Shown: piece by piece, positions 39,032-48,184 of the stretch
How the letters are laid out: each line of letters opens with the position of its first letter
Position numbering within the stretch: position 1 is the stretch's first letter
DNA from: Oscillospiraceae bacterium
GTDB taxonomy: Bacteria; Bacillota; Clostridia; Oscillospirales; CAG-382
Direction of reading: 5' to 3'
NCBI GenBank assembly: GCA_015064945.1
Contig: SVRF01000006.1
Span: 4,074 to 68,073, forward strand
Length of the DNA stretch: 64,000 nucleotides
Position numbers and translations under genes: made by a program
The notes under the pieces: model-generated
What the model was told of the DNA's origin: nothing
Databases searched by the model: none
The model's input: the letters and a program-made list of their open reading frames with translations, nothing else

Positions 39032-39589
39032 TTGATGAACAAGGGCAATATGATGGAAGAGAATGTGTTGGTTGCTTCCGCTAAGGAAGGGGACAGTGAC
39101 GCCTTCGACTTGCTTGCAACTCGCTACCAAGGCTTTTTAAGCTCTTATATCTCTTCTCTGTCCGTACTGCCTTCCGAAAGGGAGGACCTTATGCAGGAGG
39201 CGCTTATAGGTCTTTTGCGTGCGGTGCGCAGTTATGATGCTGAAAAGGCGGGCTTTTCCACCTACGTGTCTGCCTGTGTCAAAAACAGCGTTATATCCTA
39301 TTTAAGAAGATACGGCAGACAAAGTATAGCCTTGCCGATGGATGATGTTTCATCCGCAAGCGGTGACTATGACACCAATACGCCGGAGCTTCAGTTTATC
39401 GATCTTGAAACAACCGCACAGTTGCAACAAAAAGTTTTCTCGGTTCTTTCGCCTTACGAAACACAGGTTTTTGAGATGTACTTGGCAGAAACCCCTTATG
39501 CGTTAATAGCGAAACGGCTAAACAAAAACGAGAAAAGCATCGACAACGCTATACAGCGTATCAAATCCAAGCTTAAAAGGCTTGTTTGA
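39032..39589 (+). CDS. Sigma-70-family RNA polymerase sigma factor (regions 2 and 4; start uncertain among 39032-39053)
   Basis: DL.QEALIGLLRAVRSYD (region 2) and a C-terminal HTH (YALIAKRLNKNEKSIDNAIQRIK). Confidence 0.75.
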   Translation: MMNKGNMMEENVLVASAKEGDSDAFDLLATRYQGFLSSYISSLSVLPSEREDLMQEALIGLLRAVRSYDAEKAGFSTYVSACVKNSVISYLRRYGRQSIALPMDDVSSASGDYDTNTPELQFIDLETTAQLQQKVFSVLSPYETQVFEMYLAETPYALIAKRLNKNEKSIDNAIQRIKSKLKRLV

Positions 39590-39641
39590 TAAATATGGGG
39601 TGACCCAAATAATCACATTATACCAAAGCGAGGTAAAAATT

Positions 39642-39914
39642 ATGTACGAAGACAAGACCTTAGTTTGTAAGGAATGCGGCGCAGAATTCGTTTTCTCCGC
39701 TGGCGAACAGCAGTTCTATGCAGAACGTGGCTTCCAGAACGAGCCCCAGCGCTGCAAGGCTTGCCGCGACGCTAAGAAGAACGCTGCAAGAGGCCCCAGA
39801 GAATTCTTCACCACCACTTGCGCAAGCTGTGGTAAGGAAGCAAAGGTTCCCTTTAAGCCTTCCGATGACAGACCTGTATACTGCAGTGAGTGCTTCGCAG
39901 CTCAGAAGCAGTAA
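39642..39914 (+). CDS. CxxC-x17-CxxC zinc-ribbon protein (two units)
   Basis: CKEC...17 aa...CKAC and CASC...17 aa...CSEC; start trimmed to ATG 39642. Confidence 0.65.
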   Translation: MYEDKTLVCKECGAEFVFSAGEQQFYAERGFQNEPQRCKACRDAKKNAARGPREFFTTTCASCGKEAKVPFKPSDDRPVYCSECFAAQKQ

Positions 39915-39957
39915 TTTGCGAGTTTGTGGTTTATAACATAAACACTAAATAAGCAGT

Positions 39958-39990
39958 AGAAAACGCAACCGATTTTCGGTTGCGTTTTTT
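39958..39990. terminator. Bidirectional terminator between convergent genes
   Basis: AAACGCAACCGA-TTT-TCGGTTGCGTTT with T-tracts on both strands. Confidence 0.7.
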
Positions 39991-40011
39991 AGTCTGTATA
40001 AGGAAAAAATG

Positions 40012-40569
40012 TTATTCTTTTACGGTGCCGTCAGCGTTGAACAGGGGAAGAGGCTTGATATAGATAATATCATCTCTGTCCTTGGCGTCACCTTCCGCAA
40101 GCACTGCCATCTTACCGACAATATTGCCGCCTGCCTGTTTAACAAGTTCCTCAAGCGCCGCCAAAGACTCGCCGGTGGAAATAACGTCGTCAACAATAAG
40201 TATGCGCTTGCCCTTCATAAGCTCCGCATCTGCCTTGTCAAGATACAGCTTCTGCTCCTTGGCTGTGGTTATAGAGCGCACATTTACCTCAAACACTCCC
40301 GTCATATAAAGCTTGGGGGCTTTACGTGCAAGCATATAGCGCTTCTCGCCGTTTTGTCTTGCCATCTCGTGTATTATGGGTATACCCTTAGCCTCTGCGG
40401 TGATAATATAATCGTGCTCGGGCGCCTTCTTTAAAAGCTCACTTGCACATTCCACGGTCAACTCATAATCACCGAAAACCACAAAAGCTCCGATATATAA
40501 ATCCTCGGTAACGGGACAAATGGGCAGTTGTCTTTCTGCCTTGCCGATGGTCATAGGATAATAATGCAT
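40012..40569 (-). CDS. Phosphoribosyltransferase-family protein
   Basis: PRPP-binding motif ILIVDDVISTGES. Start set at ATG 40569 because the consensus promoter at 40601-40629 lies inside the longer ORF. Confidence 0.7.
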   Translation of the reverse strand: MHYYPMTIGKAERQLPICPVTEDLYIGAFVVFGDYELTVECASELLKKAPEHDYIITAEAKGIPIIHEMARQNGEKRYMLARKAPKLYMTGVFEVNVRSITTAKEQKLYLDKADAELMKGKRILIVDDVISTGESLAALEELVKQAGGNIVGKMAVLAEGDAKDRDDIIYIKPLPLFNADGTVKE

Positions 40570-40600
40570 ATAATCACTTCCGTTATATATTTTCAAATAC

Positions 40601-40629
40601 ATTATATCCCCATACTCCCAAAATGTCAA
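40601..40629 (-). promoter_or_regulatory. Promoter of the phosphoribosyltransferase gene
   Basis: Minus strand TTGACA, 17-nt spacer, TATAAT (perfect consensus). Confidence 0.65.
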
Positions 40630-40634
40630 TAGCC

Positions 40635-40663
40635 TTGACAAAAGGCTTCCCAAACATTAAAAT
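40635..40663 (+). promoter_or_regulatory. Promoter of the SDR gene (divergent, back-to-back with 40601-40629)
   Basis: TTGACA 40635-40, 17-nt spacer, TAAAAT 40658-63. Confidence 0.6.
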
Positions 40664-40692
40664 ATAAATAATAAGAAACAGAGGTAATAAAT

Positions 40693-41454
40693 ATGAATAT
40701 AGCTATAATTACCGGCGCTTCCTCAGGTATGGGCAAGGAATTTGCCCTTCGTATAAGCGAAACCGCAAATATAGAAGAAATGTGGCTTATAGCTCGCCGT
40801 GAGGATAAGCTTAAGATGCTTGCATCACAACTTAAAATTCCTTGCCGTGTGCTCCCTATGGATTTGACAAAGGAAGAGTCGCTAAGTGAGTTAAAAAACT
40901 TGCTGAGCCAAGAAAATCCTGTCGTAAAGGTGCTTGTCAACGCAGGCGGTTACGGAAAGTTCGGTGCCTTTAACGATATCCCCATAGAAGAGCAAATGGG
41001 GATGATAGACCTTAACTGTAAAGCTCTTACCCAAATTACCTACTTTGTGTTGCCTTATACAGAAAAGGGCAGTCAGATATACCAACTGGGCTCTCTTTCC
41101 GCCTTCCAACCCGTGCCCTATATAGGCGTTTACGGTGCAGGTAAAGCGTATGTTTTAAGCTTTAGCAGAGCACTTAACAGAGAGCTTAAGAGGAAGGGGA
41201 TACGTGTTATGGCGGTTTGCCCAGGTTGGGTCAAGACGGAATTTTTCGACCGCGCCGTAAGGGACGATACCATTTCTTACTATAACCGCTTTTACACGGC
41301 AGAACAGGTGGTAAAACGCGCCCTCAGGGATATGAAAAAAGGCAAAGATGTTTCTATATGCGGTATTGCCGTCCGTATGCAGGTAAGGGCAACAAAGCTT
41401 TTGCCCCACAAGCTTGTTATGGCAATATGGTGCAAACAGCAAAGGAAAACGTAA
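40693..41454 (+). CDS. Short-chain dehydrogenase/reductase (SDR)
   Basis: TGASSGMG cofactor motif and YGAGK catalytic motif. Confidence 0.85.
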   Translation: MNIAIITGASSGMGKEFALRISETANIEEMWLIARREDKLKMLASQLKIPCRVLPMDLTKEESLSELKNLLSQENPVVKVLVNAGGYGKFGAFNDIPIEEQMGMIDLNCKALTQITYFVLPYTEKGSQIYQLGSLSAFQPVPYIGVYGAGKAYVLSFSRALNRELKRKGIRVMAVCPGWVKTEFFDRAVRDDTISYYNRFYTAEQVVKRALRDMKKGKDVSICGIAVRMQVRATKLLPHKLVMAIWCKQQRKT

Positions 41455-41457
41455 AAA

Positions 41458-41493
41458 TAAAGCGACGGGATTCTCCCGTCGCTTTATTTTTTT
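41458..41493. terminator. Bidirectional terminator between the SDR gene and nadE
   Basis: AAAGCGACGGGA-TTC-TCCCGTCGCTTT followed by ATTTTTTT. Confidence 0.75.
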
Positions 41494-41499
41494 GCGATA

Positions 41500-42246
41500 C
41501 TATTCTGCTTTTACTTCAATGCCGGCGTCAAAAACGGGCATCAGCTTAAGCTTAAACAGATTGGCTTTGTGTTTTCTGTCGATAAGCTCCTTTTTAGCCT
41601 TGTCTTCAATAAAGCCTGTGCGTATGTAGGTATCAAGCTCTGCATAGGTAAAGCCAAGGTTTTCCTCATCAGTTTTGCCGCAAAGTCCGTCAATGGGCAC
41701 CTTTTCCACAAGCTCTGCAGGTAAATTAAGCAGATGCCCTATTGCTTTTACTTCCGTTACCGTAAGGTTACTCATAGGGGAGAAGTCACCTACCGAGTCG
41801 CCGTATCTTGTGGAATAGCCTACCCAATCCTCAGAAAGGTTGCAGGTATTAACAACTCTGCCGTTAACGGATTGGCTAACCGCATAAACCGTGGACATCC
41901 TTATTCTGGGGGGCAGATTTTGCCTTGACTGTGCAGAAAGCTCAAAGTCTTTGGGCATAGCATCAATTATTGCGTCAACTGCGCCCTTTATGTTGATCTC
42001 GTAATGCTTAATACCAAGGTGCTTAACAAGCATATAAGCCTTATCTATATCGTGCTGCACGCCTTGGGGCATTAAAACCCCTATAACACGGTCCTTGCCC
42101 AACGCTTCCACGCACAATGCCGCCGCAACAGAGCTGTCCTTACCGCCGGATATACCAAGCACGGCGTTGCAGTCTTTTCCGTTGTTTTCAAAAAAGCTTC
42201 TTATCCATTCCACGCATTGGTCCTTAACTTTTACAGCGTCAAACAT
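41500..42246 (-). CDS. nadE: Ammonia-dependent NAD+ synthetase
   Basis: SGGKDSS PP-loop motif; ~250 aa. Confidence 0.85.
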   Translation of the reverse strand: MFDAVKVKDQCVEWIRSFFENNGKDCNAVLGISGGKDSSVAAALCVEALGKDRVIGVLMPQGVQHDIDKAYMLVKHLGIKHYEINIKGAVDAIIDAMPKDFELSAQSRQNLPPRIRMSTVYAVSQSVNGRVVNTCNLSEDWVGYSTRYGDSVGDFSPMSNLTVTEVKAIGHLLNLPAELVEKVPIDGLCGKTDEENLGFTYAELDTYIRTGFIEDKAKKELIDRKHKANLFKLKLMPVFDAGIEVKAE

Positions 42247-42262
42247 TATAACTTACCTCCGT

Positions 42263-43129
42263 TTACAGCTCAATAAGCTCGTAGTTCTTTGTGCCGTAGC
42301 CAAGTTCGGCGGCAGCATCTATGGTGTGGGTACCGTTACGGCTTTCCACACGCTTCAAAAAGTGCGCCTTGCCCTTGTCTTCACTTGCGTATACCAAGTC
42401 AATACATGCCTTATCTATGGCAACGGGGTCATCGGATACTAAAACCCCGATGTCTGCAATGCAAGGGTCTTCAGCCACCGCACAGCAGTCGCAATCCACG
42501 CTCATATTCTTCATTACGTTAACGTAAACAATGTTACCGTCGAAGTACTGGACAACGCTCTTTGCCGCATCTGCCATCGCTTCAAGAAACTTGTCGTGGT
42601 CTGCCGTCCATATCTTTTCCGGCTCGCCCGCCCCGTGGATGTACGCCTTGCCGAAAGAGGATGCCACCCCGATGGAAAGCTGTTTTATAGCACCGCCGTA
42701 ACCGCCCATAGGATGTCCCTTAAAGTGGGAAAGCACCAGCATACTGTCATATTTTTCTATATTTTTTCCCACATAGTTCTTTTTTATAACCCTGCCGTCG
42801 GGTATCTCAAGCACCTTGTCGGGTCCCTCTGCATCAAGTAAATCCACGTCGTAAAGGGCGTTCCAACCGTGATAATCGAAAAGCTTAAGGTGCTTTTCAG
42901 TGGTGTTGCGCTCACCGTCGTAGGCGGTGTTGCATTCCACGACCGTGCCCCCCACGTGGTCAATAATCGGCTTCCAAAAATCGGGCTTCAAAAAGTTTTG
43001 GTTGCCCTTCTCACCGGAGTGAACTTTTACCGCCACATTCCCTTGAAGCTCTTTGCCCAAAAGATTGTAAAGCTTCAGTACCTCCTCAGGGGTAATAGTC
43101 TTGGAAAAATAAACCTTAGCTTTGTTCAT
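42263..43129 (-). CDS. DUF362-like protein
   Basis: Overall resemblance (VAVKVHSGE..., CNTAY..., C-terminal Cys cluster DCDCC); family call from memory. Confidence 0.45.
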   Translation of the reverse strand: MNKAKVYFSKTITPEEVLKLYNLLGKELQGNVAVKVHSGEKGNQNFLKPDFWKPIIDHVGGTVVECNTAYDGERNTTEKHLKLFDYHGWNALYDVDLLDAEGPDKVLEIPDGRVIKKNYVGKNIEKYDSMLVLSHFKGHPMGGYGGAIKQLSIGVASSFGKAYIHGAGEPEKIWTADHDKFLEAMADAAKSVVQYFDGNIVYVNVMKNMSVDCDCCAVAEDPCIADIGVLVSDDPVAIDKACIDLVYASEDKGKAHFLKRVESRNGTHTIDAAAELGYGTKNYELIEL

Positions 43130-43264
43130 ATATTTTCTCCTTTCGGTAACTGCTTATGTTATTAAAATACAAGTCAACGGGAATTTGAGCGTAAACAGCA
43201 GTGCATACAACCGTATCCTTTTCGTCGCGGTCCCTCATCCCTAAGTTTTTAATGATGTGACCGG

Positions 43265-44284
43265 CTACTCCTTTAACGAAAGTGAGTAGTCGGGAAAACA
43301 AAACCTGACAAACCGCGGGGATGCAACAAAGCGTTTTCTGTTAGTTGCAACAATCAGCATCATTAAAAACAGTATAAAATACGGAATAAAAACAATAAGC
43401 CCAACAACCAGCAAAAATATTATTTTGTATCTGTTTAGTTGGTTTGTGTGCTCAAAAGAACGGTAAACGGTACCCTCCATGCTTTCAAGCTGAATTATCT
43501 CATAGTAATTATCGTAGTTTTTAGGCTCTTTATATTCTGCGTATACAACCAAAGTTTCACCCGTCTCACATCTTGCAATCAGTTCTTCTGGCAAGTCGGA
43601 ATACTGAAAGAATCGGGAAATTTCAAAATTTTCTTTAAACCCCTTGCAAGATAGGTAAAGGTAATCGTACCCGTCCGTGTTTTCGTATTCACAGTCAGTT
43701 ACTGTAATCTCGTATCGTTCTCCTTTAGCGTCTTCTGTATATGCAGAACAACAAACATAAACAATAAAACCCGTAATTATAAAAATAATGATAATTGGGA
43801 CTATCATTCGGAAACAAAAATATCCGACCAAGCTCATTGTGTTGTATTCATTGTAGCGGTAAATGGTACTGTTTCCTTTTTTAAAACTGCTTGTTTTTGG
43901 GATTCGCATGGATAATATTTCTTCAAACCATTCGTATCCATACATTTGGCAAAAGGGAAATATGTATTTTTCTTTAAAGGTCTTGTCCCAAACTTCTTCA
44001 CCGCAAAACAGCAACGGAACACGGTGTATTGCCTCGGCAAAACGGGATATTTTTGTAAAATCTCCTTCCTCTACAAGTTCGTCAAACGCACCTAAACAAG
44101 AAAAAAGAAAATCTCTTTCAACATCATTACACTTTTTGTCTATAAATTGGCAAATATCTTCTGTATATTTCATCGCCGATGCCAGCTTGAATTTAGAATA
44201 CGGCAGGTCGTTAACCTTTGCATAGTATCCGTCGCGGATAATCGAGAACGCTTCTGAAAGTTTTTCGGCTTTTTTTGTGTGCAT
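43265..44284 (-). CDS. Hypothetical protein with two TM segments
   Basis: 339-aa ORF with hydrophobic stretches near residues 150-180 and 295-320; no recognised motif. Confidence 0.5.
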   Translation of the reverse strand: MHTKKAEKLSEAFSIIRDGYYAKVNDLPYSKFKLASAMKYTEDICQFIDKKCNDVERDFLFSCLGAFDELVEEGDFTKISRFAEAIHRVPLLFCGEEVWDKTFKEKYIFPFCQMYGYEWFEEILSMRIPKTSSFKKGNSTIYRYNEYNTMSLVGYFCFRMIVPIIIIFIITGFIVYVCCSAYTEDAKGERYEITVTDCEYENTDGYDYLYLSCKGFKENFEISRFFQYSDLPEELIARCETGETLVVYAEYKEPKNYDNYYEIIQLESMEGTVYRSFEHTNQLNRYKIIFLLVVGLIVFIPYFILFLMMLIVATNRKRFVASPRFVRFCFPDYSLSLKE

Positions 44285-44367
44285 ACAGACCCTCTAAGCA
44301 TGTGCGTGTATGTTTATTGTTGTTGTTGGGTATAAGTTCGGATGTGCAACCCTCGCCCAAGCGGCAA

Positions 44368-44880
44368 CTACTTGTTCCGCTTTTCAAAACGATTCAGCCA
44401 CTTGAAGGCTTTAAAAAACTGCTTGTTAACCTCGTTGCAAATTTCAATTGCTGTGTTGTCGTCAAATTTTTGAACAAGCTTATATCCTCTGGGCGGTATA
44501 AAATCAAAAGCGTGCTTTTCTGGGACATCATAATAGTTTTTTCCAAATAACAGTGTACGCTTTGCGTACAAATTTCTATAATAAAACCACCCGTTATACA
44601 TTCCCTTTAAGCGATAGCGCTCGTTAGTATTCCAAACGGTCAGCTGATTTACGGTTAAACCCTCCCATTGTGCGTAGTTCTTGTTATTTGAATTGGGAAA
44701 AACAGCGGAAACTTCAATGGTGAAAGAGCCGCCCCATTTATTAGTTTGAACACTTATAAGCTCAATGCAGTCTTTTTGCACTCTGCGAAAATGAGGATAC
44801 TTTCCCGTAAATCCCTCCTCAAACAGGGGAGCGATTACAAGCTTTTTAAAATACGACTTCATCTTTTCATTGTTTGTCAT
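44368..44880 (-). CDS. Hypothetical protein (possibly DUF4304-like)
   Basis: 170-aa ORF; weak recollection of the family pattern GF.GKYPHFRR...I.......KWGG.F.IE. Confidence 0.4.
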   Translation of the reverse strand: MTNNEKMKSYFKKLVIAPLFEEGFTGKYPHFRRVQKDCIELISVQTNKWGGSFTIEVSAVFPNSNNKNYAQWEGLTVNQLTVWNTNERYRLKGMYNGWFYYRNLYAKRTLLFGKNYYDVPEKHAFDFIPPRGYKLVQKFDDNTAIEICNEVNKQFFKAFKWLNRFEKRNK

Positions 44881-44912
44881 AGCTTCATCTCTTTCGCACG
44901 TAATATGTAAAA

Positions 44913-45458
44913 CTAATACACATCAACGTTTTTGCATTTTGTTTTTATAAATGCAATAAAGCTATCGTATTGTGTTTTTGATTCAAATACAGCCATAGGT
45001 AATATGTGTCCCAGCAAGTTGTTATAGTGGAGATAAACCGCCTCACCGTTTACAATGCTTACCCTCTCAAGAGAAGAATATTTAGCTTCCATCTTGTTTT
45101 CCGGTGCTGTTTCAATAAAGCTTTCCTCATAAAACTCTATTTCGGTTTCAGGTGAATATCTCTTTTTTTCACTTTTATTTAAGGCTTTTATGTGTAGCTT
45201 TAAAGTCCAAATGTGTATAGGTTTTATCAGCGCTTGTACCAGGACCAAAGCCAATAAAAAGGGGATAAGCATCATAAAAGCGTCTGCCGAAAAACATTCT
45301 TGTATCAAAGTTAGAACTACAAAAGCTAAAAATAACAAAGAAATAATAATTCTGAGTCTTGTTATCTGCTTTTTTCCGTAGTAGGACTTTACGGCACAAA
45401 ATATATTGAAATTAAGATAATCCTTATCGGATAAATTCACATTGAATTTAAAAAGCAT
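44913..45458 (-). CDS. Hypothetical membrane protein (YcxB-like pattern)
   Basis: Two central TM helices; start trimmed to ATG 45458 after GGGAGA. Confidence 0.4.
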   Translation of the reverse strand: MLFKFNVNLSDKDYLNFNIFCAVKSYYGKKQITRLRIIISLLFLAFVVLTLIQECFSADAFMMLIPFLLALVLVQALIKPIHIWTLKLHIKALNKSEKKRYSPETEIEFYEESFIETAPENKMEAKYSSLERVSIVNGEAVYLHYNNLLGHILPMAVFESKTQYDSFIAFIKTKCKNVDVY

Positions 45459-45535
45459 ATTTTGTCTCCCTTCGTCAATGTCGCTCAAGGCTTACCTTAA
45501 TTTTACCACAACCGTAATAGGTTAGTCAAGGACAA

Positions 45536-45565
45536 ACGAAAAACAGTCCCGAAAGAACTGTTTTT
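45536..45565 (-). terminator. Terminator of 45566-46732
   Basis: Minus strand AAAAACAGT...ACTGTTTTT then CGTTT, starting at the stop codon. Confidence 0.65.
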
Positions 45566-46732
45566 CTAAATACGTTTATCCAATATATTAAGCTCTGCGG
45601 CACGCAAAAATCCCGTTGCGGCGTAAAACTTATAGCCGCCAACCGTAGAACCGTTGTCAATCTCCGTTGTTTTCCCATCGTACAGCACATATACCAGCTT
45701 GGGCACGGGGTTGATTATCAAAATCTTCGGTTTTTCCGATTCGTAGTCAAAACTGTATGTAGTCGTGTACTGATACAGCACGGCTCTGCGTAAATGTATG
45801 GAGTGTATAAAGGACAAAGTTCCGTCTTCCGCAAGGGCGATCGGCACACCTTTCTTTTGTGCGGAAACAAGCTTGCAGGAATAGCTTTTTTCGCCTGTAG
45901 ACAAGGTAAAGCTCTCACCGCCTATAAATTTAAACAAAGAAAGGTACGGCTTTTGTATTTCCGATACGGTATACCCCTTATCATCGCATAGTTCCTTAAG
46001 ACTTCGTAAAAATGACCTGCGCTTGGAGAGGGCACGAAGCGACCTGAACACAAAAGGCAAGCTGAGCAAAACAACGATCCCTATCACACGCCCTACGGTC
46101 AGCGACATATATATAACAATAAATATAGGCGCCAAAAAAGGCAACATAACCATAAAAGCGCCTGAGCCGCCGAGATAAGCAAGGTTTGCATAGGTACTTT
46201 CTACAGTGTATCTTTTTTTGCCGTAGGCATCAGGGTCTTTGTTTCGTCCCCACCGCTTATAGGAAGAAAGATGCGCAAAAACCGCCAAGACAAAAAGCGT
46301 AGGCAAAAGGACCGCAAGATAGGGGAGCTTATCCCAAAATGTTACTGCCTGAGTTAGCTCTGCCAATGCTCTAAGTGACCATTTCAACGGCAGAAAAAGA
46401 TAGATTAAAGCGATAATAATGGTTTTTATCCAAAACTCCCGCTGATGTATCAAAAACGAAAATCTGCTTTTCAGGGAAGGCTCAACACCGTTTCTCCAAA
46501 ACCGTTCTCTAAGTGGGGCGTTGTAGCTTACTTCGATTCTGATATACGAGTAGGCGGAACAAACAAAGGCTACAAGACAAACATAAAGGGGGAAATTTTC
46601 CGCACCTCCGCCTTCATAAGCTTCTCTCACAACAGGAGCGCGGGAATATAAAAATACAGCGTGAGGTATGGCAATAAGATACAGTATTACGTTAAATAAG
46701 GTGCTGAAAAAAGCCAGATCTTTTTTAGTCAT
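45566..46732 (-). CDS. Hypothetical polytopic membrane protein with a soluble C-terminal domain
   Basis: 388-aa ORF with at least 6 hydrophobic helices; no recognised motif. Confidence 0.5.
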   Translation of the reverse strand: MTKKDLAFFSTLFNVILYLIAIPHAVFLYSRAPVVREAYEGGGAENFPLYVCLVAFVCSAYSYIRIEVSYNAPLRERFWRNGVEPSLKSRFSFLIHQREFWIKTIIIALIYLFLPLKWSLRALAELTQAVTFWDKLPYLAVLLPTLFVLAVFAHLSSYKRWGRNKDPDAYGKKRYTVESTYANLAYLGGSGAFMVMLPFLAPIFIVIYMSLTVGRVIGIVVLLSLPFVFRSLRALSKRRSFLRSLKELCDDKGYTVSEIQKPYLSLFKFIGGESFTLSTGEKSYSCKLVSAQKKGVPIALAEDGTLSFIHSIHLRRAVLYQYTTTYSFDYESEKPKILIINPVPKLVYVLYDGKTTEIDNGSTVGGYKFYAATGFLRAAELNILDKRI

Positions 46733-46909
46733 TTACATACCTCCTCGCTGGTTGTCGGGGTTTCCAAGAAGTAGTCAGACTTCTTAGGGTGATTTTATTA
46801 TATACTGAAATTTGTGATAAAGTAAACCGCAACTTCCGCAAAATAACGGTAGGTATTTGAACAACCGAAGAAGAAAAATTTATTTAAAAAATTGCGCTTG
46901 CCGAGCTTG

Positions 46910-47263
46910 TTATCCTGTACATATCAAAAGCAAAAACGAAACCGACGCGACTCCCAGTGTACCAAAGGGAATGAATTGCACCCAAAATGAAGCGACGTAG
47001 TTATATTTTTTTCTTAACCGAATAGAAAGGGCAATGCCAAGTACACAAAAAATCGGGGTAATCGAACACAGAAACGCTGATGTGAAAGACCAAATAAAAG
47101 GAAAAAACTTATCAGGCAACCCAAGGCTGAAAAGCATAACGCCCAATACAGTAAATATCCACGCAGATATAATATACAAAACAGAAACTATCACGTTGCT
47201 TATTTTGCATATACGGTTTCGTTTATTATCGAAGGCATAAGCAATTTTTGCAGACCCGAGCAT
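46910..47263 (-). CDS. Small membrane protein (117 aa)
   Basis: ATG 47263 is preceded by GGAGG that lies in the last codons of the methyltransferase gene (TAAtATG junction); 3-4 TM helices. Confidence 0.5.
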   Translation of the reverse strand: MLGSAKIAYAFDNKRNRICKISNVIVSVLYIISAWIFTVLGVMLFSLGLPDKFFPFIWSFTSAFLCSITPIFCVLGIALSIRLRKKYNYVASFWVQFIPFGTLGVASVSFLLLICTG

Positions 47264-47264
47264 A

Positions 47265-48107
47265 TTATATCCTCCTTCTATCGCTCTGCTTATTTCCAAG
47301 CTGATAGAAAGCGACAGCAGAAGCGGCGGCAACATTCAGTGAGTCAACACCGTGATGCATTGGTATTTTTACAGTATAATCGCATTCGGCTATAGTCTTG
47401 TCGGAAAGCCCGTCGCCTTCGGTTCCCATTATGACAGCAAGCTTCTTTTCGGCTGACAGCCTTGGGTCGTCTATGGCGAGGGTATTATCTTTGAGTGCCA
47501 TAGCTGCGGTTTTGAAGCCGAGAGCTTTTATTTCACTAAGGCTATCGCTTTCCAAAAATGTCCATTCGATTTGGAATACGGTGCCCATGCTGACTCTTGC
47601 AGCCCGTCTGTACAGTGGGTCGGAGCATCCCGGTGTGAGCAAAACGGCATCCATCCCCAGTGCTGCGGCGGAGCGGATTATTGCACCTACGTTGGTGGGG
47701 TTCATAACTTTGTCAAGTACAACTATTCGGCTTTTGTTTTGGCAGATTTTTTCTACGGTAGACTGAGGCTTCCGTCTCATAGCACAAAGCATACCTCTGG
47801 TAAGCTTAAATCCCGTAAGCTGAGTCAGAATATCAAACTCAGCCGTAAAAACAGGAACACCTGCTATTCGGGAAAGGATATGCTTGCCTTCGCCTTCGAT
47901 ATGCTTTTTCTCTATCAGGCAAGAGAGCGGCTCATATCCCGCATCAAGAGCCCTCTCAATAACCTTTGGGCTTTCCGCTATAAACAAACCTTTTTCGGGG
48001 AACTCCCTGTTTAAAAGCTGCGCTTCGGTAAGCCTCGCATATACGTCCAGCTCGGGCGCGGTAAAGTCTGTTATTTCTTTAATACTGTTCATAATCTTCT
48101 CCGTCAT
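47265..48107 (-). CDS. TrmH/SpoU-family RNA 2'-O-methyltransferase
   Basis: NVGAIIRSAAALG, IMGTEGDGLS and IPM...DSLNVAAA SpoU motifs. Confidence 0.85.
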   Translation of the reverse strand: MTEKIMNSIKEITDFTAPELDVYARLTEAQLLNREFPEKGLFIAESPKVIERALDAGYEPLSCLIEKKHIEGEGKHILSRIAGVPVFTAEFDILTQLTGFKLTRGMLCAMRRKPQSTVEKICQNKSRIVVLDKVMNPTNVGAIIRSAAALGMDAVLLTPGCSDPLYRRAARVSMGTVFQIEWTFLESDSLSEIKALGFKTAAMALKDNTLAIDDPRLSAEKKLAVIMGTEGDGLSDKTIAECDYTVKIPMHHGVDSLNVAAASAVAFYQLGNKQSDRRRI

Positions 48108-48111
48108 GTTA

Positions 48112-48138
48112 AAGAGAAACCACCCTTTTGGGTGGCTC
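48112..48138 (-). terminator. Terminator of the dockerin protein gene
   Basis: Minus strand GCCACCC-AAAA-GGGTGGT followed by TTCTCTTT. Confidence 0.55.
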
Positions 48139-48184
48139 CTCGTTGTTCATTGAGCGGTTTTGGGATGAAAGCTTTTTTGCGTTT

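Noticed and set aside
43265-47263. The AT-rich islet as a prophage remnant, defence island or toxin-immunity array
   Set aside because: I recognise no integrase, recombinase, nuclease, ATPase, toxin domain or flanking repeats. It is kept only as a compositional and unknown-function observation.
48112-48138. Three terminators (48112-38, 51914-45 and 61085-112) share the core CCACCC-loop-GGGTGG, suggesting a repeat family
   Set aside because: Only the 6-bp core is shared. The flanks, loops and stem extensions differ. This is most simply coincidence among GC-rich terminator stems.
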